DNA of 63,782 nt, counting the filler, from Jimgerdemannia flammicorona (taxonomy: Eukaryota), in assembly GCA_003990765.1 (NCBI GenBank). It is 3 parts of 3 records of this genome, joined end to end, with 100 filler letters (N's around TTAATTAATTAA, not from the genome) between each part and the next. Parts side by side here need not be neighbours in the genome. Positions count along the whole stretch, not along the records: positions 1 to 21,196 come from RBNJ01001505.1; 2 more parts are not named here. One strand, given 5' to 3'. The notes under the pieces were generated by a model. The model was given only the letters and a program-made list of their open reading frames with translations, was not told where the DNA came from and did not search any database. Shown in pieces: positions 1-11,772 of the stretch. Position 1 is the first letter of the stretch, and each line of letters opens with the position of its first letter. The translations under genes and the position numbers were made by a program.

Positions 1-647
1 TCAAGATTCAAGCAGTAGCAGCATACCCAAGGCCCACAACTGTCACAGAAGCCCAAGCCTTCATGGGACTCGCCTCCTACTATCGCAGATTCATTAGAGG
101 ATTCTCCAACATCGTAGACCCAATCTACGAACTCAACAAGAAGGATACCAAGTTCCAGTAGACTGGCAGACAACAAAAAGCATTTGATGAACTCAAGGTC
201 AGACTAACTCAGGCACCCATCCTCAGACGACCCAATTGGACCCAAGAATTTATCCTTCAGATGGATGCAAGTGCACAAGGACTAGGAGCAGTCCTAGCTC
301 AAAAAGAAGACAAAAAAGAGTATATCATTGCATACCTTAGCTGCAGAACTCGAGGAGCTGAAAAAGAATACGAGTCCTACAAGTTGGAATGCCTTGCAGT
401 CATCTGGGCTGTGGAAAAGTTCCACTACTATCTGGCCGAAAGACACTTCACCATCCAGATGGACCACTCAGCTCTCACCTGGCTACTGACAACTGGACAA
501 CCCAAGGGAATCTATGCCAGATGGATAATAAAGTTACAAGCCTATGATGTAACCATCATGCACCGCCCTGGAAGAACAAATTCCAATGTAGATGCTCTCT
601 CACAGACACCTCGAACTACCTCCAACCAACAAATCAATCATGAATAA
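1..647 (+). pseudogene. Pol fragment: RT C-terminus plus RNase H
   Basis: ORF 261..647 has Ty3 RNase H motifs; upstream RT frame has an internal TAG. Confidence 0.9.
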
Positions 648-1832
648 GGAGCTCTACTACGGAATCATCACATACCTGGGATAGCGAAAGATGCCCCAAT
701 ATCTAGAAGAATGGACACAAACAATTATCAACAGAACATGGAAACAATTCGAAACTGATGGAGAAACACTGAAGAAAGGAAAACTACTGGTCATACCAGA
801 ACACAAGAAGGAGCAAGTGATGAAATCAGTACACAAACTTGGCCATCTAGGAGGAACAAATATATACAATAAGGCAAGGAGAACAATATGGTGGCCAGGG
901 ATGGAGAAAGATATCAGACAATTCGTCAAGACCTGTGACAAATGCCAGAAACAGAAACAAGACTAATGAAATCAAGCCCCAGGATCAGCACACATAGAAC
1001 CAGTACCATTCGCCCACATTGCAATAGATGTAATCGGCCCCCTACCCTTGACTTTGACTGGCAACCGATACATCATTGTCATCGTAGACCTTTTTACAAA
1101 GTAGATAGAAGTGGGACCCCTTATGGAAGCTAATGCACAGTCAATTGCCGATTTCTTCCACAAGGAAATCATCTGCCAGTTCAAGACCCCAACACAAGTA
1201 ACTACAGATAGAGAAACTGAATTCGTGAACCAGTTCTTCGAAGTTCTCTACAAGAAGTACAAGATCCAGTACATTCAGACCACAGCCTATCACCCTCAAG
1301 GAAATAGACAAGTAGAAAGGACCAACAAGACCCTCAAGAATGTTATCGCCAAGATCTGTAATAACTACGAGAACTGGGATCACTATCTGCCAATAGTATT
1401 ATCTGCTCTCCGGGATATCTGATCACAAAGCACCCACTTTACCCCTCGAGAAATGCTGTTTGGAGAAGAATGTTCTCAGGGAACCTTATCATCCAATGGA
1501 GACACTATATGGAAACATGTGGACATAGAAATACAGAGACTACACCAAATCAGGAAGAAGGCTGAGGATTACATAACGAAGGCACAGACACTACAATGGA
1601 GGAATGCAGAAAAGACCCACAAACTCTTGGAGATCATCAAGATAGGAGACAAGTCCTAGTGTATCAGAATATGGTTGAAGCTTCATGGTCACGAAAACTG
1701 GAGCCCAAGTGGGAAGGACCTTACCTTGTGCAAGATATAAAAGGGACTACCTTTTGGCTATGAAAACCCTCAGGCACAATAATCCCCACTACCATTCACT
1801 GAAACTGACTCAAGAAATATCATGGCCAGTAA
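640..1832 (+). pseudogene. Integrase (HHCC zinc finger, DDE core, GPY module), apparently with its own ATG
   Basis: ATG at 640 in frame with ORF 691..966 (HxxGH...CDKC); core TDRETEF, TTAYHPQGN..VER; KWEGPY near 1710-1725; several stops and a frameshift near 1655. Confidence 0.88.
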
Positions 1833-2283
1833 CAAAAGTACTGTGATGGCACTCAAGATCACTAGTGCTGCCCAAAGAGCCATCGAAAGACAATGGCACA
1901 CCACCGAGCCTCCAACCATAGAGCCATACTATGAGGATATTCAGAGTATTGTGCAGACTCATCTCTCTCAGATCTCACACTTTAGAGCCTATCAATATCA
2001 GGCAGAATTCCAAGAGTACTTCAAGCTTGGACAGGTGCTCAATCAGAATCCAGCAAAGACCAAGGAGGACTGGATTGCTAAGTGTCAACTCTCCCACTCA
2101 CAGATCACTATTGCCAAAAGAATCCACAAGTTATTCCGAGAAGATGAAGCAGCGATAGACCACCTAAGAGGAGTAACTCTCACCAACTTCGAGAAAGTGA
2201 GAAGATATCATTGGGAAACAGTTATGCAGCAAATCGCACAGTACAAGACCATACAGACCGTTGAAGCCTGGGAGTTTGAATAG
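1822..2283 (+). CDS. Retrotransposon accessory ORF, 153 aa, unknown function
   Basis: Intact ORF between integrase and PPT; ATG overlaps the end of the integrase frame; decayed homologue at 43789-44300. Confidence 0.7.
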   Translation: MASNKSTVMALKITSAAQRAIERQWHTTEPPTIEPYYEDIQSIVQTHLSQISHFRAYQYQAEFQEYFKLGQVLNQNPAKTKEDWIAKCQLSHSQITIAKRIHKLFREDEAAIDHLRGVTLTNFEKVRRYHWETVMQQIAQYKTIQTVEAWEFE

Positions 2284-2320
2284 ATGCCTCAGGGACGAGA
2301 CCATCTATTCAAGAGGAAGT

Positions 2321-2777
2321 TGTGATGGTACAGCCAGATTTGGAAGAAGGAAATAGGGAATAGACACTTGATCGCACCCATTCCCAAAGTAGTATAGCAT
2401 TATAGTTAGCAGTCCTCGATTTCGACATTGTCTAAATTCTTAGACATTATCCAAATTGAATACCCCGATTTAGTATAGCATTTAGACATTGTCCAAATGT
2501 TTCGACAAAGTCCAAATGACTCATTTATTACTTAGCCACCCTCTCATAGCTAGCAAACTTGTATAAATAACCCAGTATCTTTGAGTGAACAAACCTCAGA
2601 TCGAAATAGTTCAAAGCAAAGAGATAGCAAAGGAACTAGTAAGCCTGTGGGCAGATATACTTTGAACTCACCCACCTCCTCTGCCACTTCAAGAGACTCT
2701 GCGAGAGTCAGAACAGTCAAGTTTTCAAGATACAGAAATCTGATGTACTTTCAAGAGTAAGCGTCTGCTACTTTACA
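2321..2777 (+). repeat. 3' LTR
   Basis: Starts TGTGATGG right after the PPT, contains TATAAATA near 2562, plausible end CTTTACA; partner LTR is outside the window so the end is approximate. Confidence 0.65.
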
Positions 2778-3055
2778 ATACTTAGTAAGAAATAGACTGA
2801 AATAAGGTAAGATAAAATCTTATCTCAAATCTCTTCACATTTTCTACTAAGATATAACTTAGTAGATACTCTATTTTGGGCAATATATCTATCTGATATA
2901 GAAAGCTCTTAGTATAGATATTCTTAGATCTATTTTTTAGCTTAGTATAGATAAAAAGTTAGTATAGTAGTAATATGATCCATATATCTATATAGAGTTT
3001 ATTATAGAAACTGAGGAACAAAGTCTCAATATTATACTGTAGAACAGAGAGAGAT

Positions 3056-3520
3056 TATAACAATTCTAGTTTATTTAAGAAGATGTAGCTAAGACTGGTA
3101 ATTCTGATAGACCTAAAGTAGTTCAGAGAGATATTTATAGATTTAAGTATTCTTGAAGGAATTCTGAGAGAAAATATTCTGAGCTCTATTCAAGCAGAGA
3201 ATAAGGATATTTATACAAGATCTGAAAGAAAGATCTAGAAGAATCTGAGAAAAAAAGAGAAAAGCCAAGAAATAGATTCTCAGCAAAGATGACTAATAGA
3301 ATTCTATAATGTTCCAAAAGGTTCTATAACTAGCTAAGATAAGATACTTAATATTAAGAAAAGACAAGAATGTTCTAGTAATGTCTTAGTGCTAAGAGAA
3401 GATTTCTAGACATTTAAAAGATACTAGAACATAGTAGAATATATAATAAAAGACAAAAAAATATTAATAAAAAAATACAAAAAAGTACTAAGACTAAGAT
3501 ATAACTGTGAAATTATTACA
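3056..3520 (-). repeat. 3' LTR of chromovirus copy 1
   Basis: Aligns with 8681-8800 and 32565-33029; right end TTATTACA abuts the pyrimidine tract (PPT on minus). Confidence 0.85.
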
Positions 3521-6500
3521 TTTCTCTCTCCTTAAGAACTAATATCCTTATTGAGTTCTTAGGTAATATAAGACTAAATATACTTAACTAAAATTTCTCA
3601 AACTTATATCAATATATTAGCAAGGACTGGTCTCTCTTATAGAGCAGAGAGTCTATTACTAGACTAATCAACTGAAAGGAATTCAAACCTAACTAGTAGC
3701 TTTATTTTAGTAGACTTCTTATTTATTAGATGTTCTGCTATTTCTGGGATCCCAAAGTAAACTTCTGATATATAAGATACTGATTATTACTATAGATTGT
3801 TGATAATTCAAGAAAGTCACTATAGAGATTAGATAATATATTTTATCTTGAAGTCTTGAACCAGGTCTTGAGAGTTCTTGAGATTATCTAGTTATTTCCA
3901 GATAATATCATATTTAGAGTAGTCCATCTACTTGACTAGATATTCAGGATGATAATAGTAGATTTACTTATTAAGAATTTTCTCAACTTTATACTCAATA
4001 TAGTCTTCAATAATTATAGAGGCAGATGGCTTAGAAATTCAACCAGAGTAGAGTAGAGTGACTGGTTCTAGGTCTTGAGATATGATACATGAAAGACTAG
4101 ATATATTCTCATAGTTTCAGATAACTTGAGATAGTAGGAGGATATAGAGACTTATTCAGTAATCTCAAAGGATCCAATATACTTATATTGAAATTTGTTT
4201 GATAAGTAGTTAATATGAGATTATATCTTAAGATTCTTGATAGATAGTAAACCTTAATTAATAATATTATAGATGACATAATGGTGTTTCTTGTTAGTAT
4301 ACTTGGCTTAATACTATTGGGCTTTCTGAAGATTCATGGTAGCAATTTTGAGTAGTTTATTCATTTTATCTATAAGGTTCTTAGTGATAGAGACTTATAT
4401 TTGACTACTTTTCTTAAAAGAGACTAGACTTATAGAGATCTTAGAATCTTGACCATAGAGTAGCTGGAAAGAGAAAAAATCAGTAGATGATTAGATAGTA
4501 TTATTGTATATAAATTCTATATAAGTCAAGTAATAGTCTCAATTATCTTACTTATAAGAAATATAGTTTCTGAGCATTTATTCTAGAATTCTGTTCATGT
4601 GCTTGGTTTGTCTATCAGTTTGTAGGTAAAAGGTAGTAGATATGACCAATTGTGTTCCCAGAGTCTTGAAGAGAGTTTACCAGAAGTAACTGGTAAACTT
4701 GAGGTTATAGTTACTAAAAATTACTCATAGTAGACCATAGTGATAGAAGATGAACTTGAAAAAGATTCTTATAATATTGAGTATAGTGGTATTAGTAGTA
4801 GTTGGTTCAGCAACTATAGGTTTAGTCAGGCAGTTAACAAATATAATAATAGTATTAGTATTAGATTAAGTTTATAATAGCTGAGTTATAAAGTCTATTA
4901 TAACTTACTCAAATTTCTTAGTTATAATTGACAGTAGTTGTAGTAAACTGATTGATCCTTAGTTAGTAGACTTATTATACTAACAGAGATTATAGTTAAT
5001 GATATAGTTCTTGATTTTCTTGACTATACTTGGCCAATAGTAGTAATGTTAGATATTCTTGATAGTTTTCTCAATTCCAAGATGACTAGTAAGTAGGAAG
5101 TTATAGTATTCTTGCAATATCTTATAGTATAAGTTTATATTATCTAATAGATAGACTTTGTTTTGATGGTAGATTAGATTGTTCTTGATAGTGTATATAT
5201 CCTTGAGCTTATTTGAGAAAACTCTAGTAGTGAAAGTGTCTTCTTTATAAATTTGTCTGATTTGGTCTAGAAATTCAGATATCAAGGTAACTTATATAAT
5301 TGTGATGAGGTCTGGATATCTGAATAAAGTATCTGATACTATAAGTATCTTACCAGACTTGTAGATAATTGTCAGATTGAAGGTTTGAAGCTTTAGGCTC
5401 TACTTAGCTTATAGATATAATAGAGTAGATTGGGTATTAATGTACTTGAGAGATTGATAGTCAGTGATAACATCAAACTTAATAGCATTACCAGTAGTCT
5501 AGTATATATATTATTACCAGTAGCTCTTTCTTATAAGTAGGTAGCTTTTATTTAGCTAGAGCCAACTTGTGGAACTCAAAGACAATAAAGCAGTGTCCTT
5601 TACCATTATCTTATAACAGAACTACTCTAATGGTAAAATTTGATGCATTAGTAGTAATGGTGAATTTTAGACTTAGATCTATATTATGTAGGACTAGAGC
5701 ATAGGTCAGGCAGTTCTTGAGTTCTTGGAAGGCTTGTTGATAGAAGAGGTTCCAGATATAGAGTACATAGTGATCAGAATGAGGGGCCTTTCTCATAAGA
5801 TTAGTCAGTAGCTCAGCAATACTAGAGAAGTTTCTGATAAAGTAATGATAGTAGTCAACTAGACCAAAAAGAACTAGAGTTCTGTAAGATTTAATAGAAT
5901 AGATCATTCTTGAATTGCTTTTATTTTGTATAGATCTCCTTAAATTCCTTATGTAGAGATAATGTAGCTAAGATATTCAACTTATTCTTTGAAGAATTCA
6001 TATTTCTTGAGCTTATATAAAGCTTATATTTTCATTAAATCTTCAGAACTACTTAGATATACTTGAGGTAGTCTTCTTTAGTTATACTAAAGATCAGAAT
6101 ATTGTCAAGATATACTAATAAGAAGATAAATAGTTAGTCTTTGAATATCTTATTTATGAGAGTCTGGAATATAGTAGATACATTAGTAAGACTAAATGCT
6201 AGAACTAGAAATTCATAGAGTTTAAAGAGAGTTATGAATATAGTTTTGAGAATATTTTCTGGCTTAATTTAGATTTAGTGATAATCTGACATAAGGTCCA
6301 ACTTAGTGAAGTACTTAGTATTATTGAGAGTATCAAAGATTTGATCAATCAAGAGTAGCAGATACTAGTTCTTAACTATAAGTTTATTGAGTATATGGTA
6401 GTCTATATATATTTACAGAGTACTATTATTCTTCTTGACAAATAAGAGAGATGAGCCATAGGGAGATTTACTTGGTTGAATAGCTCTTTATGTAAATAGC

Positions 6501-8680
6501 TCTTCTAGTTCCTTCTTAACTACTTCAATTTCAAGAGGTGATATGTAGTATATATATTTCTTAAGTGATACAGCTCCCAGAGTCAGTTCAATTTCATAAT
6601 CAACTTCTTATATAGGTGGTAGGCCAGATAGCTTGTCTGGAAAGACATCTTTGAATTCTTCAAGCAATAACTTGATACTTTTATTGATAGATAGCTTTTT
6701 GTCTTATTTCTTGAGATAGACAATGATAATAAAGATATATACTGTCTTCTTGAGTGCTCTCTTATACTATATTACTGACAGTATTATAACTAGAGTCTTT
6801 TTTATAAGCTTGTCTATCTTAATAGTGATATTGGCTCTATCTTGAAGTAAAGTAACTTCATTCTTATACTAATCAATGTTCAGATTATATTTCATGAGCT
6901 AGAGATTTCTTAAGATCAGATTATGATCTCTTAGTAGTATAACCTCAAAGTCTACTCATTCCCAATATTTTTGGATCCTGATGGGTAGTTTGGCAGTAAT
7001 TGACTTAAAAGAATATAGTATACTATCTATAGAACTATACTATCATTCTTAGATATAGGTTTGGTGAGAATCTTGAGGTTTTTAATGAGATTCTGGTTGA
7101 TGAAGTTTCCAGTAGCTCTGCTATCTATGAGCACTTAAACTTCTTTTTCTTTGACTAGACCTTTGAAAATAAGTATAGCTTAAGCTTAATTTTCAGTAAG
7201 ACTTACTGCTTGATTAGTATTATCAAAATATTTCTAGTCTTACTTAATTTCAGATAGTTCTTAGACTTCTATAACCTGGGTTAACTGGTTTTTTTTAGGA
7301 TTATTTGCATGACTTGGTCTTCTTTCTTGACTATATAGTCTTGATCCTTCTGATTGATAAGTAAGACTTAAACTCATCCTCAATAGTCTGAGTCAATGAT
7401 ACTAGTACCAATATCTAAATAATATTTAATACTGAGTTCTAATTATAGTACAATTCTGGTATAATATCCTTTAGGATATTAGACTACAATTCCAGTAGGT
7501 ATCAGAGTTCAGCTCTTGACTGGAATAGTAACTTGCTTGATAGAGTATAGATTAAGACCAATTGCTCCTTCTAATTGATATTGAGAGATCTGGGTTTTCA
7601 GATAGAGCTTCTTGATCTTGAGTTCAGATTGACTGATAGTAGAGTTAACAGATATGTCTTTGGACAATATAGTGACTGATCTTAAGAGTTTACTAGTCTT
7701 TTAGGATATTTGGTTGCAATGTGTCCTATTTGATAACAGAAGAAATAAGTTCCAGATTTCTTCAGATAGTCTTTTTCTTCTGAGGTAAGCTTGTTATTCT
7801 TCTTATTTGTAGTATCTAGATCTATTAGTACTGGGTCAACTATTCTAGATTAGTTCTTATGATAGTTCTCAAAATAGTTCTTATAGTAGTCTGATTTAAA
7901 GTGATTACCAAAAATGACAACATCAAACCTATCAGTAATTTCATAACTTCATTGAGAGTCTGTGGCTCTTCTAGCTTGACCTTGACTTATATGTTTCCTT
8001 TCAGATCTCAGATATAGTGATCTATCTTTTTATCTTCAGATATTACTAATAGTTTAAGTAGAATCAACAGGAATTATGTATTATAACTTTGTATAGACCT
8101 GAGTTGCTTGATATTTACTAGCTTATCTCAGACTAGTTTAGTAGTATTAGTAGACTTGAACTACTGGTAGAGGGTCTCCTTGAAGAATTTCCAATCTTGG
8201 ATTCTTGTATTCAAATAGAAGTAGTAGTTATAATATAATTTATTACTAAATAGCTACATTCTCTCAGAGAAGTATGACAGCAAATTAGACTTAAATATCT
8301 TCTTCCATTCTTGTGAGTTCAAAGTATTAGTCTAACTAAAAGATCTATATATCTGTGGTCAGTCCTCCTTGGTAACCATTAAAGGTATCTAGCTTGAGTA
8401 GCTTAAAGCTGACTAGTATGGTAATAGGATATGACATAGCTGTAGTTCTTGTTTTCTGGTGTTTTAGTTATACTTGAAGTTGTCAAATTTGATGAGTCAT
8501 AGTGGTAATTAGATTGAATTGTAGTTCTGTACTATCTGCTTCTTCTATAGCAGAGAGATCTGGATAGTAGACTGGTTTTCTGTAACTCATTTAGACTTAT
8601 ATAACTAGTTGTAACTGGTTTCCAAATTTATGTAAGATTTTCTTAATAAGATAAGATATAATGACACTGCTGCTATTAAG

Positions 8681-8800
8681 TGTAATAGTTCTAGTTTCTT
8701 TTAGAGGATATGGCTAAGACTGATAATTCTGATAGATCTAAAGTAGCTTAGAGAGATACTTGTAGGTTCAAATATTCTCAAAGGTTTTAGGGGAAAATAA
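8681..8800 (-). repeat. Truncated 5' LTR of chromovirus copy 1
   Basis: TGTAATAGTTCTAGTTTC matches the LTR edge at 32565 and 3056; similarity stops near 8800. Confidence 0.8.
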
Positions 8801-9327
8801 AGTTGACGTCACCGAAATTTGAAATCTGAAGGACAATGGAGCAAAGCTTCCGTCAATCAGAGCCGGTTCGTCGCGGCTAAAAAAGGTGGAGCTGGAATAT
8901 GACGCGAGTACCCATTGCAGTTGAGGTCATGCGGACGTTCCTGGGGCTTGGGCTCCATATCCGTACTTTTTGGTAGCGTCATTGTATATATAAACATTCG
9001 TCAAGACCCCTTGATGCCTGACATTGTATTCTTTCAAAAATTGGTTAAAAATTGTTGAGACTAGGTGTCCAGTGTTTATATCTGTCAAGGCAGAGATAAA
9101 TAGAAACACAACAGTATATATAACAGCCCCAAGGAATCCGCAGTATGCGAGAGGGTCAACGTAGAATTTCAGGGAGCGGAGGTTCAAAAAGGTCCCAGGT
9201 CCGAATGTCAAGCATCAAGGGGTATTTCCTGGGTACTCGCGTCACATTTCGCCCTTTTTCTAGCCGCGACGAACCTGGCCCTGATTGCCGAACGCTTTGC
9301 TCCTCCACCCTTCACACCACCACAACC

Positions 9328-10677
9328 ATGGCCGACCAAATGGACGATGCGAATGTGATCGCCATCACGAAGCCCTACTCGAACGACACCTGCAACCCCC
9401 CCTCCCCCGGCTTTGAGCCCTCTTTCCCGCTCTCCGACCTCTACTACCACCCCACCGCCCACTGGCATGTCTTTGGCTGGATCATCTCTGGCGCCCTCGT
9501 CATTCTCATTTGGATACTGGCCATCCGTGCTATCGTCAAACACCTCTGGTCCTACACTGACCCGGATATCCAGAGACACAAAGTTCGCATTCCCTGCTAT
9601 CCTCCTGTGTTTGCCGCATGCACCTGGCTCTCCTACTGGAAGTACAACTACCGTAACACCATCATGTTCTTCGCCATCCTCTTCGCCTACTTCGCCATTT
9701 TCAACCTATTGGTGCTGCTGCAAGTATATCTGCAGCCCTACCGCGAGGAGAACGAGGGTGTGAAGCAACCTTTTTCTTTAAAGCTATTTTATATTCTCCC
9801 CCTTAATATTAAATCCAAATGGGGAATGCACTATCGTGTCATCCACGATGTCTGCATGTTCCAATTTCCGATCTGGTGAGCTTGTTTACTGAAATATAAG
9901 TATGGGAGGACTGGAAAAGATGGGAAAAATTCCATCACACAAAAAAAAAAAAAAACCCCTGATCCTTGAACGTATAATTCGTTCATGTTTGTTTGCCCTG
10001 GTAGTCATCGTCTTTCGTCTTACCTCTCCGTTATCATTCCCTCCTCCCTTTCCTTCATCTCCTCCAGGAATGTCCTTAATACGCTGATCTCTATTATCAC
10101 CCAAGTCAGAGGCGTTTACTGTGCCGAATCCATGACCTTCAAGGGTTTCCACGTCTACTCGATGATCCTCAACTTTTGCTCCGTGAACCTCATACTGGCG
10201 GCGCTCTCCATCTACCACTCCGCCTTCCACCTTGAATGGCAACGGGCCCACGTCAACGCGACCGCCATGTTATGATGCGTCAAGGGCCCGATCGCGGCTA
10301 TCTTCTGGATGAACGAGGTGATCCTCTCGCTCCTGCAGCACTTCGAAATCATCCACGAGACCGCCTACTGGTCGGCCGCAAACGTCAAGAACGGCTTCGG
10401 CGCATTCTTTGTCTCCCTCGTCATGTTAATCATCATCCTCCTCATGCCGAGATACTTTGGCACCGTGGACAACTCCGAAGACAACGCGCCCCCCCTCCCG
10501 GCCTTCCATGCGTTTATCGACTCCTTCTTGTTCTTCATCCCGGAGTTTTTGCACCGCGTCCTATTCTGCGGACAGGATACGTACGTTCTTGTCCAGAAGA
10601 GGAGAGCTATGAAGAAGAGGCAGGTTGCCTCGAACAGATCCGAGTTCCTCATGGCGACGCCGACCGCGAAAGTGTGA
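9328..10677 (+). pseudogene. TMEM184/OST-alpha (Solute_trans_a) family membrane protein, two exons (9328-9875, 10068-10677), in-frame TGA at 10273-10275
   Basis: Multi-TM ORF with HL..YTDPDIQR..VRI..YPPVFA, TQVRGVYC, CVKGP motifs; TG|GTGAG donor and pyrimidine-rich CCTCCAG acceptor rejoin as TGG in frame; strong C-ending codon bias; frame continues past the TGA to 10677. Confidence 0.8.
9876..10067 (+). other. Spliceosomal intron, 192 bp
   Basis: GTGAG...polypyrimidine...CAG; removal fuses ORFs 9145..9879 and 9985..10275 in frame. Confidence 0.85.
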
Positions 10678-11225
10678 GGAAGGAGATAATGGTGAGAAGT
10701 CACCGGGAGCGACGGGAGCGACCGAACGACATGTAGTGTGTGGCATAGCGAGAGCGAGGCGTACCCCGACATGTACATGTGCTTTATGATGCTCACCATT
10801 CGGTACCCTTTCATCGGATGTAACCGTGCTTCCTACTCTCTCTTTGTTCTTCTCACTTTTCTCCGCTATCACCACCACACCTTGATTCCCATAAATTTTG
10901 AACATAATGAGGAAAAATATATTAAAAACCCAAATTTATACAATTATTCTCTGATTGATTTACTATGATTCTACAGATTTAGAATTTTTCACTTAGCTTT
11001 TTCTCATCACAGATCCTTATCGATTACAATTTGTGATGTTCCACCACAAAATAAGGACCTTGCTTCTCTGATCAAACCGCACCGGTTCATTTGCATCGTC
11101 GAGGCCCTTCCATAGGCTTACGCGGCGCCCTTACGTGGAACATAACAGCAATATAGGGCTGTATCGAAATTCTGTGTGCATTCAGCTCTCGTGTAAATTG
11201 GCAATTGACACGTCGAATTCACGTC

Positions 11226-11741
11226 TGTGAAATTCGGCAATTTCCACCTGAAATCACCTTGACTGTCAAAGGGGCGGTAATTGGACTGGTTGTAGATCGA
11301 AAGGGTGTGTGGTAATCGCGACGCATTTGCTAGGGAATTCGCTAAGTAAAGTGTCGGAAGAACCTCTCGGAAGGCTTGAAAAACAACTGCTTGTGCACCG
11401 AATCCTTAGATCTATGAATCCTCAGGATATGCGCTTCTAGTTGCCAATTCTCAATAAATTCCAATTCTCTTACTGAACTAACTCTGTCCTTTATTGCATG
11501 CTTGAGCCTATGCTATTTATACATGGAAGCCCTCCTATCCTTGAAACTGCTAGAAATACTGAGTAATCTTTCTCCATACGCTTCTACAAACCCCAAGAAG
11601 TGTCTGGAATGCTCTGCTGAGTAATTAGAGCACTTTACCAATAGAAATGGAAATGGAACAGGACTTCTTCCATGTTGTTTCAGAATCCAGGATTCTTGCC
11701 TGATTTGGACATATCCTATTTTTTGGCCACATGCCTCTACA
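11226..11741 (-). repeat. 3' LTR (516 bp)
   Basis: Direct repeat of 18019-18534, about 30 substitutions, no indels. Confidence 0.97.
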
Positions 11742-11757
11742 TCCACCTTCCCTTCTT
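11742..11757 (-). promoter_or_regulatory. Polypurine tract
   Basis: Minus strand AAGAAGGGAAGGTGGA immediately before TGTAGAGG of the 3' LTR. Confidence 0.9.
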
Positions 11758-11772
11758 TGGATATGTCCTTCC

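Larger units (their letters stand above)
1..2777 (+). mobile_element. Ty3/gypsy LTR retrotransposon, 3' half (RT end, RNase H, integrase, accessory ORF, PPT, 3' LTR)
   Basis: RT thumb ([14 protein letters not shown]), RNase H (DAS..GLGAVL, ECLAVIWAVEKF, DHSAL), integrase HHCC and core, then purine tract AAGAGGAAG and a TG-starting LTR. Confidence 0.93.
3056..8800 (-). mobile_element. Chromodomain-bearing Ty3/gypsy (chromovirus), heavily decayed copy 1
   Basis: LTR 3056-3520 with PPT at 3521-3536; truncated second LTR 8681-8800; remnants of gag, protease, RT, RNase H (ORF 5611..5907), integrase (ORF 5049..5285) and chromodomain; colinear with 32565-36741. Confidence 0.88.

Noticed and set aside
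8927..9211. 94-aa minus-strand ORF
   Set aside because: No recognisable motif, non-ATG start, overlaps the probable promoter
9145..9327. N-terminal extension of ORF 9145..9879
   Set aside because: ATG 9328 has strong ACAACCATGG context and codon bias starts there; the upstream part looks like promoter/UTR
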